DNA of 64,000 nucleotides, from positions 5,270,001-5,334,000 of the forward strand of contig NC_047078.1 of NCBI RefSeq assembly GCF_902459465.1. The letters are read 5' to 3'. Positions 36,133 to 49,520 of this stretch are shown here, piece by piece. A program made the translations under genes and the position numbers. The notes under the pieces were generated by a model, which ran no database searches, had not been told where the DNA came from, and worked only from the letters and a program-made list of their open reading frames with translations. Each line of letters begins with the position of its first letter. Within the stretch, counting starts at the first letter, position 1. The stretch comes from Asterias rubens. Lineage: Eukaryota.

Positions 36133-37700
36133 TTACACATTACCAGACATTGAGATTACTGGATTAAAACTATTTGTCAAAAGACAGCACACTGTCCAAA
36201 TCTGATTAATGGAGCCGTGCATGGTCAGAAGAATCGCACTGTCAAAAATACGAAATTTCTTGACCTTGTTTATCGCCCTTTCGACATGGATTCTCTCTGC
36301 TGCTATTTGCTGTGTCTCAATGGTCTCATCTTCTTCAAACTGCTTCCTTTCTTTGAGGAAGGCAGGGATATTTAGTTTGACACCCATTGGCTTTAGCAAA
36401 TCATCAAATGTGAAACCACGGTCTGCCATCACAACATCACCCTTTTGAAACAGCTTGGGGTCCCAGAAACCCACTCCGTATAACTGGTTCTCTATCTGAC
36501 ATTGATCCAGGATACAGTTGACTTATGAATGTTATTGCACCACTAGGTGCGATACCCAGGAGTCCTTTGTAGGTTATATGATGCTTATAGTTTGACCAAA
36601 ACATACTTTGGAGCATCAGGGAATCTGGGAACTGTGCAAATATTTCAGAACAATCAAACAATGACCCTTGTATCTGGGTATTTGTCTCTAAAAATTTGTG
36701 GCATTGTTTTGGAGATAATACTTTTACTTGGCCAAATAGGAAGTGAGCCAAGCTTGAAGTACATGAAATTAATCCATGTGATGGAGTATCTGCTAACACT
36801 TGACTCTGAAATGCTAAATAGGTATGCCAGATGCTTTACAGAAAAACCCTGCCTGAGTCTACAAAGGACCAAAATGAATTGTTCCTTGGGTGAAAGCTGT
36901 AATGTTCTCCCAGGTTTATTATGAGTTTTGTGTGAAGCTGAATAGCTGTGGTCCAAGTCCATGGCTGATGGAGGCTGGTATACTGAACAGGAAGGCTCAC
37001 TTTCTCTATTTGCAGTATGTGTTATGACATTCTCACAACTCTCACCTGGGTTCAAAAAAGACAACATGGCTAAAACCAAAGAGTAAGTGGGAAATCCAGT
37101 GTAGTGTTTTGTTAAGGAATCATCTCCCTCAAGACTATTAACAAACTTATTTCGTTCATTCTGTTCAGTTAGAGAATTTACCATCCTCTTCAGTCTTTGT
37201 ACTGACTCCTTAAGTTCTTTCACATCATTTGACTGTTCATTCTCCTTGATTTGATTCACCTGAACATCATTCTCCATTGTATCAGATAATGACTCATCCT
37301 CATTCATCGGTTCATCATCATTTGTTGTCTGTTCATCAGCTACCCCACATGAAGTTGAGGGACCTTCAAAGGTCGATCTATGAAGAACTCTGCGTTTTTT
37401 CGGTGACCAACTGTCAGAGAGTACATCTTTTGGCTCAGCACCTTGCTTCAGTATCCATACTCCATTGAGGGTTCTCTTGATGTCAGTATCATTAAAGTGC
37501 ACATTGCAAATCTGGGTAGACTTACTGACAAAGAATCCGTCTCGACCATGATCCCTTTTGATTTTTGTGCACCATCGGTCTCGGAGTTTGCGATCAGTGG
37601 GAAAGCAGAAAAAATGAAACTGCGACCTTGACAAGTCTTTGGTATAAAAACGATTGCTGCACCCATATGCGGCACATTCAACTCCTCTGCTGGATGGCAT
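36133..37700 (-). pseudogene. THAP plus HTH plus DDE_Tnp_4 (HARBI1-like) transposase, interrupted by two 1-nt insertions
   Basis: MPSSRGVECAAYGCSN..FFCFP..W..ICNVHF (THAP); EQFILVLCRLRQG..LAYLFSISESSVSR (HTH); DCSE, SNYKHHITYKGLLGIAPSG, MADRGF and RIHVERAI (D,D,E). Frameshifts at ~36655 and ~36465. Confidence 0.9.
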
Positions 37701-39857
37701 GGCGAAACAAAGCACCTGCAAAACAAAAGTATACTTGATTTATACAACTTATTCATAAAACAGAGCCATCCCTCAAATCAGTGCTATTATTAGTAATCTG
37801 TATTATTAGCTTGGGATTCACAACACTTTTTCATGACATGGTTTAAAGATGTTTTTAATACATGTAGCTAGTTTGACGTCAAAGAGCAAAGTGAACCTTT
37901 TAAAAAATCCTTCAAAAAATTAAGGAAATTTATTTGTCAAACTTCTAGCTGGGTATGATACAAATTTGATTTGTTATATATAATCCTAATTTATAACTTA
38001 AAGGACATTCCGAAATGCGAATGTGGAATTTGGGGCTATTCTACCCCAAGTGTGCCACATACACTGTACTAGACCGAGTGTAAGAAACACCCTGCGAACT
38101 TGTGCCCAATTTCCGGACGTCAATGTTATTATTTTTGCGGCCCAAATTCTGACACTAAGAAACCCACATAGAGGTTATTAACTTGGTAGAAGTACCAGAC
38201 CAGTTTCAAACAAATGAAAATCAAGTATATCAACAAAGACTTTTGCAAAACTGCCTCCGCAAAACTTGGGGTAGACAGGGCCAGGGTTGAAGCACCACGT
38301 TTTAACATGTACGCCGTGTGTGCAACACGGCTACATCATTAATAAATCGTTAGCATATTTTCACTCAAAATCTGCAATTGACACAATTTTGCATCCTGGT
38401 TTTTCCTCCATTAAACTTACCTGTGCTTGGCTTCTACCTCAACACGCTAAAATCGTATTTCGTTCTTGTATTTGGGTGTAATCTCACACGAAAGTTGTAC
38501 TTCGGTCTGTAGCGGGAGCAGACATCATAAGTGTAACGTTTATACACCGGAGTTGTTGTGACACAGTGAGCCTCGTTTTCAAAACCGGAAGTGCGCAGAT
38601 CGACGCTAAACTCGTCGTTTCGGGATTCCTCTAAGTCTTACAAAATATCCTAAATAGTTGCTTAGCCTATACGCGTGTAGTCATTTAAGACTGTATATAC
38701 ATGTACCAATAAATAAATAAAATAAATGTTGCATGATAGGTTATGCAGTATCCTGTCTCGTTCAATTATATTTTTCAATGTTACCGAGCTACCGTCTCAC
38801 ACCGCCCCCCCGCCCCCCCCCCCAAAAAAAAAAAACTCTTTATTTCTCATCAAATATGACATTTCAGACAGAAATATTTTAAGGGGTGTTTTCAACTATC
38901 ATCATCATTAGACCGTGTAAGTTTTATAAAGATCTGTGTTCTTCGGGATTTTTTTCTTACCAATTCTGTAACGTTCTTGTTACATCTATGCTGTTGTTAA
39001 GACCGGTTTATGTGTTGTTTTTATGCCCTTCTCGCCTAATTTTTTTCTGGCTTTTCTGGGTTTTGGTACACCTTTAACATTTTAAACTCGTGACAGGCTG
39101 TTATGCTTTTCTGCGGGCATCCCACTGTTGTTTAAGTTAATTTTTTATTTTGTTATTTGTAATGTGTGTGGGCGTGTACTTGTTAATGTTTTAATTACTA
39201 TTTCTCGAAAACTACTCCACTTTAGAGGAAAGCCGCTTTTCACAATGTTTTATACTATCAACCTCTCCCCATTACTCGTTACCAAGTAAGGTTTTATACT
39301 AATAATTATTTTGAGTATTTACCAAGAGTGTCCAATGCCTTTAAAAGTCATTGCAGCTATTTGAAGGGAAGTTACAAATTGCTGAAAACTAAACTGCTTT
39401 TATGTAAGATAACAAAAAATGTCAGCCGTTTCTATATTCTGCAAAGGAAAAACACAATTAGGTGAAATACAGTTCAGAACTGATCTATCTTAAGACAAAG
39501 TACGTTCGTTAGAAAATCAAACGGCAAATTGTTGATGTCAGGAATTTATATAGGCGTAGGCCAACGCAATCGCTCGATCCAATATTTGACAATTTTCAGC
39601 GATTTCCAAAAATCACAACGTTTTAATTTTTTTTTTTTTACCAGAGTTGCTTTCAACTTTGACCTCAAGATTCAAGTTTCGGCCTAAAGGTAAGTCATAA
39701 CGGTCTTCCAGTGTTTTTTTTTTTTTTTTTTTTTTTTTTTTTCTTCTCTTTTTAACAAGTCTCTCCTGAGGAATGGTGTTGCTTTATTTTCAATAAAAAA
39801 TATCACCCTTTCCTAATAGCTTCCCCTTGTTTGATTGCTTTATAAATCTCTGATTAA

Positions 39858-40235
39858 AGGCACTGAACACGTTAGGAAATTGTCAAAGACCAGTCTTCTC
39901 ACTTGGTGTATCTCAACATATGCACTTAATGTCAAAGTTGTGAAAATTTGAACTCATTTTGGTCGTCGAAGTTGGGAGATAATAATGGAAGAAAATACAC
40001 CCTTGTCACACGAAGTTGTGTGCTTTCAGATGCTTGATTTCGAGACCTCAAATTCTAAACTTGAGATCTCGAAATCAAATTCGTGGAAAATCACTTCTTT
40101 TTCGAAAACTACGTCACTTCAGAGGGAACCGGTTCTCACAATGTTTTATACTATCAACGCTCGCCATTGCTTATTACCAAGTGAGGTTTTATGCTAACAT
40201 ATATTTTGAGTAATTACCAATAGTGTCCAGTGCCT
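39858..40235 (+). mobile_element. Complete Kolobok-type MITE (378 bp); family reference copy
   Basis: TTAA|AGGCACTGAACAC...GTGTCCAGTGCCT|TTAA. Other copies or fragments at ~1122, 10946, 11255-11552, 15510, 17525, 19140-19470, 39240, 46938, 48495 and 51613-51993; related families at 30804 and 57746. Confidence 0.9.
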
Positions 40236-41136
40236 TTAAGGGAATTTTGTTTCCATAGTTTCAATAAAAAATTACCCACTCCTGTTAGTTTTTCTTGTGA
40301 TTTTGATTTACTGAAACTTAATGTTAACAAATATTGAGGATTGACACGAGTTATTGCAAAAAGGGGCTGACGTTAGATGATACATGTACAAGCAGACAAC
40401 AACATATGTGATAAAAATAGACAACAACTCTGGCATCGTTCGCAGTTCAAACGAAGAGCACAGCATTTCACCCTTTTCCATCATTCTTAAAACAGTTATT
40501 GACTGACAGGAAATGTGTTTTTGTTTATATTAAATAACACCCGTGACACTTATATATTGCAGGATATAAGAGGGATCATTTATGAAACAAACAGCCCACA
40601 ATAATGTACAATTTGATTGCATTGTTGCCCAACCATCAGTACATTTCATAGACTTAATTTCAGTGTTCTGTTGTGTAACCCCAACTTGTGTCTGTTAGGT
40701 ATGATTACTGCATGTACATGTATGCAGTATGAAACCATCATGGTGGAAGAACTCCATTATGAAACGCTGTGTATTTGGAGGAAGTAACGTACCGTAGTTC
40801 TAAGCAGTGTCAACGCAATTACATTCAAGTTTTTTATTAAACGGAAAAGCTAAGGCAAAGCATAGTTCGCGACTCACATGTGTAGGCGTGCTGCCCTTTG
40901 AACCTGTCCCCTGTGCACAACAGCTGCTGTCGACAATGTATGCTGTGGTATGCGTCCTGTGCCTCTCGGGTATACTATCTTTCAATCAGTCTGAGTGAAC
41001 ATTGAATTTGAGCCGACAATAATATTTGCACACAGGGTCACACACTACTACAGTACACCACACAATCATTTTGCATAATAATTTGCATGTTGCTGAGCGA
41101 TGCCCAGGTCTGTCTGGGTCGCTTTATGTAACCAAT

Positions 41137-41387
41137 GGGTGCGTTCGATAAGCTTCCCTGGGTCGACCCCGCGGTGCTCACTCGGGTGAGCCCCTGACAA
41201 GAGCTGTTCGAACGATCACACTCGCCCTCTCGTGGTGACGGCATGCACCTCAGGTCACCCCAAGTGACCTTCTCCACAAGCAGGGCACCGGGGGCTGACC
41301 CGGGTGAGCCCCTGTAATGACGCCAAAGCTATTCGAACGTACCCGGGCAGACCGGGGTCGACCCAGGGAAGCTAAACGAACGCACCC
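41137..41387. mobile_element. GC-rich MITE, Harbinger-like
   Basis: ~34-bp TIR gggtgcgttcg(a/t)t(a/t)agcttccctgggtcgacccc; absent from homologous sequence at ~11770 and ~53820; TSD not clear. Confidence 0.7.
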
Positions 41388-41696
41388 ACAGTATGCAAAC
41401 AGAGTGTTGTATGTTCGAAACGTGGAAAACCAAACCGGCTCTTTGCAGAGCCACCATAAAAAGCTTTATTGCATGGTTGTACCACCCGCAAATGTATCCA
41501 CAAAAATACAATACAAACTGAACTAACAAAATAATAACAATACCAGACTTGCAGCTGCTTCACTGATGACCTCGACCGTATTAATACCGCCATCTTGCAT
41601 ATGCACTACCCTTTCAAATGCCAGACAGTGCATATCGTTATGTGATTGAAGCCATGACATTCAACCACGACATACTGCAGAGTAGTATACAAATAT

Positions 41697-42185
41697 AGAC
41701 TGCTTCGAGTGCTATGGTTAAAACTATGACTCCCGAGGTGATCCCCGGAGCGTTCTATTTTCCCGATGCGAAGCCGAGGGAAAATATAACGCTCCGGGGA
41801 TCACCGAGGTAGTCATAGTTTTAACCATTGCAAGAGTAAAAGCAGTCAATGTATGTTTTATAACACCCCAAACATTTCTAAATACTGTACTATTAAGTTA
41901 CAGAGCTGAATGCTACAATCCACGGACGATGCGAATACAGATTGCGAAAACCTGTACTGTGCTGCATGTAGTGTCATGTAATCCGAAATGGTTACAGACT
42001 ATTAATTTATCATCCTCGTACACGCAACGGACGTATGGGTACTGCACTCCGTGTGATAGTCTTCGGACTATCACACGGCAAACCGATGCACTATCACACG
42101 GCCGTCGTCTAGTAAAACTAAGACATACCATGTGACGCGCTCTAAACCAATGAAAAGGCAGAATATTGGTGAGGGGTGTTATAAT
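41697..42185 (+). mobile_element. Non-autonomous element with ~150-bp terminal hairpin capped by GCGAAGC (copy at 52803-53305; 3' part at 11137-11262)
   Basis: Hairpin arms gactgctt...atggttaaaactatgactccc..ggtgatccccggagcgttctattttccc; loop GCGAAGC at 41768-41774 and 52878-52884; short inverted ttataacacccc/ggggtgttataa. Class uncertain. Confidence 0.6.
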
Positions 42186-43333
42186 ACCAATTATCTTTTC
42201 AGATACATTTATTTCATGTCAACGTCAATCAATACAGTGTGATCACATTGTTCTGAAAACATATAATAACTTTTACTAAGGAAAACTTAATCCAGTTAAT
42301 GAACAATAAATAAAAAATAGTTTGACATTAACATATAGGAAAAAGAAGAAGCAAAAGCTTTTTTTTCCTCTTCCCTAAAGACAAGGACAATTTACACAAA
42401 AACGTACACAAACAAACAAAGAGGACATGGACATGCATGAGTGAGACTGCGCAATAGATAAATAGATGCAAAAAAATGTTGTGTATTAAATCAAAATAGA
42501 TATATAATTATTAAGTAGTGTATAAATCAATCAAAATCTTCTTAAACTTTTAACGAAAAAAAAAAAAAAAAATGACTGACTGCTTATGTTCTGCATTAAG
42601 ACTATTCCAATAAAGGACCCCTTTATGAAAAACTCTATTTTTATAAGACAAACAAGAAGAAGAAAAAGAAGGAAAGAGATGTACACACGCATGTGCTATT
42701 ATTATTATTATGTACCTTATTCAAATTGAATAAAGATGACGATTTGTGCTAACTAACCCTCTGTGCTGTTGAGACGAACCCTAAACAATTCGCACCGTTC
42801 ATAGTGTTCCGCACGTTATGCCGGGGTGAAACATGCTCTTGCACATTAATTATTACGCATGCAAGATAATTATTACAGGTTTGTTTCGATCATGTGTTCC
42901 TATCATGCTTAAAATCCACGAGTGAAAAACAACACTCTAATCACAGAATCTAAGATTGAAATTAAATTGTTAGGGGCCTACTACTGCAGAAAAAAAACAT
43001 GACATTGTGTCAAGACATTCGTGCCGTTGACAAAACCGTTTGTTGCACCCGCCAAATTACCAAACTGGCAATCTAAACGGAGCACATTAAAATCGGGTTG
43101 ATGACCACTGTAAAGAATAATGAAAACCCACTGTCACGATATATATCTAGAAGAAACTCCTTTAATGTCTGTTACTGGTCATCACTGGTATAAGAATGAC
43201 GTTACATCAACCATTATCAAAACATTAAGTACTTGTCAATCTTAAAACTATGTACTTACTTTACTGAAGATGTAATGCATAAAACTCAAACTTACTTCTA
43301 ACAAATAACTAAATTAAATGTACTGATCTCTAA

Positions 43334-44851
43334 GGCGCCTTGTCAAAACGTCCAAGCTGTTCCATTCCGCGTGCATTCTGCGGGAGTCCGCGGATTTTTG
43401 TAACAAAAGAACCCGTAGCAACCGGGAAGGTCCACGGCGGCTCATTTACATGTCAATAAACATGAATATTCCGGCGGCTCTGCGGAGCGACCGGTCAGCT
43501 ATTGTGAAGCCAAGCTTATTTAAATATCAATAAGCATGATCATACGGCGGCTCCGCGGACCGGCTGCCGGCGGAACCGCGGAGGAACCCAGGTGGTGAAC
43601 AATGGCTTTACCTTTGCATGGCAAAAGCAAACTAAGGGTGTGTAAAGCCATTTTCTCGTACGAGTGATTTTTAAGGCTTGGTTACATGACCGAAACATGT
43701 GAATTGTAGAAATGGTTTGTTTAGGCAGGTCTATGGACCACATTAATTATTTTGCTTTTGTTTCTCCTAGCCCATCTGGAAGTATTTGTTGTATTTTCAT
43801 CTAATGTTGAAATGGCAGAATAAGTAATAATAATAATAAATAATCTTAGTAATAATAATAATAATAATTTCAATATTTTGGAGCAAGGTCAAAACATCCT
43901 TTCTCTGTGACTACCACGCCGTTTCATAGTGTTTCGCTATAATAGAAAACCTGACTTCCCAAACAATGCATCGTAGCCTCCCCCATACCCATGTATCGAT
44001 CACTGTATCAATGACCCATCCACAACGTATTATGCAAAACTACCGCTAAACTGCAGTTCATCCTAAATAAAATTTAAACACCAAACAATTACATGATGGT
44101 CCAACGTGTGTAATGCACAAATTAATGTTTTAATTCGGCCTCTGGCCGCGAAAACCTTTTATTGTGAATAAACCATTAAAATGATCGGAATTGGCAGCCA
44201 GTGCAAACTTGTTTTTACAAAATTAAACTTTTATTAACTAGGGTGGCAAATATTTTACATCGAATCAAACTTGTTTTTTTTATAGTAAGGGATTTATTTG
44301 GTGATGACGTACTCATAAAGTGATTAACATTTTGAGTTGTTTAGCCGGGACTCAACATATTGTGCCTTTTCAAAAATACAAGCCTCGTGAATGCCTGTTT
44401 GATGCCTGTTGAATGCCTCTGGAATGTTGAGGTTCAAAGTCGCCGATTTGGTTGACTATAATGTCTAAACATGTAGCTGGCGATTATCACGTGAGCAGGA
44501 TGGTCGGCTGGCACTACCAACGTGCGTGGTGCAATGATCTTGTCGGTGCAGCCTGTCCGCTTCCAGGACGATGGTACTCACTAGTTGAAAATGTACCATT
44601 CTGGAAGAGCACGGCCGGTCCGCGTCCAAGCCGCTGATATTCATGACCTGAAAATACAACTTGTTTATTCATGAGACTTATTGTTATACCAACAATAGCG
44701 CCCGGCATGGATAGCTCATTAACTTCGCCGCGCTTCAACGCACATGGCCGTTCTTCCGCGGACTGTCCGAGGTCCTTAGCAACGGCGGTATTTGCTGTCC
44801 AGTCCGCAGACTGTCAGCGGAGGAACGCCCGGGACGTTTTGACAAGGCGCC
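43334..44851. mobile_element. Harbinger/PIF non-autonomous element (1518 bp)
   Basis: Perfect 20-bp TIR GGCGCCTTGTCAAAACGTCC, TAA on both sides (43331-43333, 44852-44854), CCGCGG-rich subterminal regions. Confidence 0.9.
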
Positions 44852-47800
44852 TAAATCCGGTTCAAAAATGGTTCAAAGAATAAACTTCATAAAACTAAAC
44901 ACCTTTAAATGCATACACAATAACTCACTTCAACAGGGGTTCAACCTATAATCATTACAATCTTGTCCCTGCAGTAAATGATCAAGGCATAGCTAATTAA
45001 ATATTCACAAGAAAAATAGGTGTTCTTGCCTACAGCTACTTAAGTATTCACAAGAAAATAGGTGTTCTTGCCTTCTGATCTCACTTCCTGTCCTACTGCA
45101 ACACCACCCAATAAACAACTTCAGAGCCACTGGGCTCACACTGTGTGGTCTAGTATAGGAAGATCTTGAACCTCCAATAAACAATGGTCTTTGGCTACCA
45201 ATATTCTCTATACATGGAGTTCGGTCAACGTACTGGTTAACAATACTTCCAAACTAAAATATATCTGAAAGAACATTACAGTTCTTTCCAACAAATACTT
45301 CAAACAGAAACTAGTAATGAATGTCTATATTACGAATAAAGTACTCTTTAACACTTGAAAGCAAACTTAGAAAAGTGATACCTTAGCAAATAAAAGTAAC
45401 CTTTAAATACTAAATAAAGTCCAAGCAGTATTTAAAGAAAGCAATTTCACTTCATCTAAATCAAATCATTATCACTGTCCATTATGACTTAACAAAGGAA
45501 ACTCTAAACTACATTTCAACTGTCTTCCAAGTCTGAAACAAATCCTTTCTTGATCTTGTAACCTTGGAGTGAAAACTCCCAACTGTCTTCAAGTTACATT
45601 GTCTTGATCAAGTTCATAACACAAATCAAATAATGAACTTCAATAATCTAGATAGTTCTATTAAAAAGCACAATGGAATTAATAAAGAAAATAAAAATCA
45701 ACATACCTGTAAAGAATAATGAAAAACCACTGTCACGATATATATCTAGAAGAAACTCCTTTAATGTCTGTTACTGGTCATCACTGGTATAAGAATGACC
45801 AGACCAACATCCTGTCCAGAGTATCTCTGCTGATGTGGCAATCATGGACTGATCCATTAATTCTAAAGGTAGGGTCAAAGTTCTATTACAAAATTAAAAG
45901 GGGGGAGGGAATTAACACTGATAATCCACACACCTCTCTACACTTGGAAGGTGTATCAGTTTTGCCATCTCTACACGTTGACACATTGGAATGGAGCCTG
46001 TGCTTGCACTCAATCGGCGAAGGCGACGTTTTTTTCTTTCCGAATTATATTTTCTGGTTTTGTGTTTAATTATTCAACACAAAGCTCTTAACTTGTATAT
46101 GCATACGATAAATGAATCACAATGTAAAATATGCCGAACTCACCGCTTATCATTAATTTTTGTTTTGAAAAATATATTATTTCTCCACTCGTGCATGCGT
46201 TTGATGGGCAACGGTTCCAATCAACAAAACCCGGGATCATCAAATTATCCTATCACGGTTGTTAACTTTTCAATTGTTTTGACAAAATAGAATTAGCTGT
46301 TGCAAACAACTTACCAACCCAAATAACCGATGGTATAAATGCAAAAGATAGTATAAATGGCCTGACTTTTCTGCAAGGGAAAACAAATGTTTCTGTTTTG
46401 ATGATTTATATTCAATAACTAAAGGGTCAAAAATATTTAATAATTTTTCGAGTTTACTTTCAGTTGGTTTTATAGAGGGGTTGATGACGTGGAGAGAGGG
46501 TTTGATTACAAATATATAAACCACACTTATCTCGTGGAACTTACATGAACAATTTGAATAACCCCTGGTGGTAGAAATAAACCCAGTCTATGTTAGTGTT
46601 TCCCCCTTTATCCATCATGGTACCACAAGGACAAAACAAGCTGGCTACTAATCCTGTACGGGATGAAGTGAATTAGTAAACATGATCGTTCGTTTTGGGG
46701 GGTGATGCTCGAGGGGTATTTGTTGCATACGTTTTATGTATCTTATGTCTATGAACTTATTTGCATAAAATATGTCAAGGTTCACCGTTTGACTTAAATG
46801 CGGAAGTTTCAAATAATGTTATTTCCTGGTTGTCTTTTCTTTTAGTTGCAATTGTTATTTGTCAGGTTCATGTACGTATTGCAACTCTTTACTGTGTTTT
46901 AAAAAGTTACCCTGTACATGTAAGTAAACTTCTTTAAAGGCCGTGGACACTATTGGTAATTGTCAAGGACCAGTCTTCACAGTTGGTGTATCTCAACATA
47001 TGCATACAATAACAAACACTGTGACAATTTGAGCTCAATTGGTCGTCAAACTTGCGAGATAATAATGAAAGAAAAAACACCATTGTCACACGAAGTTTCA
47101 TTACCGACATAATTTATCTCACCAAGACGACTTGTTTCGTGGAATAAGTTAACTTACCGACATAACTTCCACTCATTTATTTCATCTAAATTTCATAGCC
47201 CGACCCCCCCAAAAAAAAAAAAAATAAAAAAAAATAAATAAATAAATACGATAAAAAAGATAAATAAAAGAGTCCGGATCAATATGTCAGCTCTAATTTC
47301 GGGTAACAACATAATACTTTCTCCAGAAGTAATCAGAGCATACTGATCGAAACGTCGCGACGTTTAGTTGAACCCAATGGTTCTTTTCCGAACCACCCAA
47401 ACTCATTTAGAGATAGTCATTACATGGTGTTACCGAAAACGTTTCCATATCGTGTTTCTACCACGCAATATTCAAATTTTAATTATAATTTTTGATATTT
47501 GACTGCAAAATTGTGATCAAGGTGACTTTTTTTCTTGTTTTCTTCTTTCTTTTTTATATTTACACATCATATTTCTATTTAAAAAAACACACGATACGAT
47601 CGCTGGTAAGCTTATACGGACGCACCTTTCATCCTTATAAACATAATTTGCTTCCTCGAACGCTAAAGTGTGTATTTACCCAGGTCATGTGCGTCACATG
47701 AATGTGTTTGGCTGTGAGTAACAAAATGCTTGACTAGCATATCACCATTATGCAGTTTTTAAATGGTAAGTATATGCGGCTGTCAATACATCCTTTGCGA

Positions 47801-49520
47801 CTGTTGTGTACAAACCTAATCGGAAGACTGTGTTAGTTTTGAGGAACGCAAGTAGCAAGCAATGGGTGTTTTCAGGATGCATAATACGCGAAGGCCTATG
47901 ACAAATTAAACTTGACAGTAATAAATTATTGATGTTTTTTTCTAATACCTTACTGCCAGACTTTCAGAAACTCCTGAGTAATCATACAAGCAATCTTGAG
48001 AGATCATCTTGTAATGTGCTGATTGTCAGGGATTCCAACAAATTGCATAGAATCATGTCATTGAAATACTGTCCAACCAAACTTATCCTCTAAACCATTT
48101 GATGATTCAAATCAGATCTGGTAGTAGGGAACATATCTGAACTCACCTTTTTGATTGTACTCTCTGTGATCGCAGTGGTTTATTTATTACAAGCGAACCC
48201 GTCAAGATGCCGCACAGGTGAACTGGAATAGTGAAACATTGACAGTAAACATTGAATTCACAAATCTTTGGGCACAAAGGGGGAAAGAGTAAATATTCCA
48301 TTTCTTATCTCCTGGCACTATATCCGGCTTCCGTAAATTTACTCTTTGCCCCTATGTGCCCAAAGATTTGTGAATTCAATGTTTACTGTCAATGTTTACT
48401 GTCAATGGTTATACTGTTTACTTCCGTATAAATTAATACAAAAAGCTGAACTTTAGTCTGATAACAACCCATGAAGGTAGCTATAATTGATGTTAAAGGC
48501 AGTGGACACTATTGGTAATTACTCAAAATAATTATTGGCATAAAACCTTTCTTGGGGGATGGCACGGGATTGGGACTTGAGTCAAGTCCAACCGTCACAC
48601 AGAGTTCAAGCACAAACCTTTCAAGTACACAGTAATGTATGGTACACACGAAAGTGGGTAGCATACGTCTGCATGAGTGAATGTCTGATTTGAACAGAAT
48701 GTTTACCTTAAAACGGACCGTCTTAATAAGCTCAACAACATACAGCAATGCTCTTGGAAAAATCGTTGAGTTTGCAGTAATGATGTCAAACCGAAACAAA
48801 TTGTATCAGAAGATACCTCGACTGTTAAGGGAACTAAAATGTGATAAATAAATAAATAATAAATAATTTAATGAGTTTATACTGCGCCTTTAGAATGTAC
48901 ACGTTCGAGCGCATAACAAAATAATTAGACGGTGAATAAAAAGCTAGCAACTAGTAAAAAGCGAGGAAAACCAACAATCTAAAAATATGAAACGCACAAG
49001 ACCAAACACGTACGAGTCAAAATGCATTAACATAATGAGACGGGAGATGTTTGCCACAGTGACAATCTGTAATTTGTACATCATGTCAGAAATCAAGCAT
49101 CTGAAAGCACACATCTTGCGCGAAAAGACTTTTTATTCGATTATTAACTCGCAACTTCGACGACCATTTGGGTTCAAATTTTCACAATTTTTGTTTTGCA
49201 TCTTTTGTCGAGATACACTAAGTGAAAAGACTGGTCTTCGACAATTACCAAAGGTTTCAAGTGTCTTTAACGGAAAACATCGAGCTTGCCATAACCATAA
49301 GTAGCTAGAAGTATTGTTCAGATTCAGCTGGTAAAAGTAGGAAGCTTGATGCCATTTTTTAAAACTTGAATTCATCCAACTTTTTGCTGCTGAAAATAAA
49401 TTTGCCCGTCTTGTTTGCAAAACATAAAGTAAGGACCCTTTGTGAAAACGGTGACGATTTTTTAAAGTAATAACGATAAAGAAACTCGTAATAAGGTCTA
49501 GAAGGGAAAGGTCAATGTTT

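Larger units (their letters stand above)
34489..38122. mobile_element. ISL2EU (PIF/Harbinger-related) transposon core; true ends not resolved
   Basis: Convergent THAP-DDE transposase and SAP-domain ORF. A 23-bp inverted motif at 31352-31374 and 38100-38122 may belong to it. Confidence 0.6.
38830..43040 (+). repeat. More diverged partial copy of the backbone duplicon (matches ~50900-55840 with gaps)
   Basis: Shared blocks such as 39985/51703 (same MITE ORF), 40250-40930 vs 52000-52700, and 42350-43030 vs 54700-55840. Confidence 0.85.

Noticed and set aside
38630-38667. Candidate ISL2EU right terminus (minus strand GGCTAAGCAACTAT)
   Set aside because: No matching inverted copy found on the left side.
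44452-44883. Cluster of short ORFs in the Harbinger element
   Set aside because: GC-rich subterminal DNA open in several frames; no Myb/SANT or DDE motif recognised.
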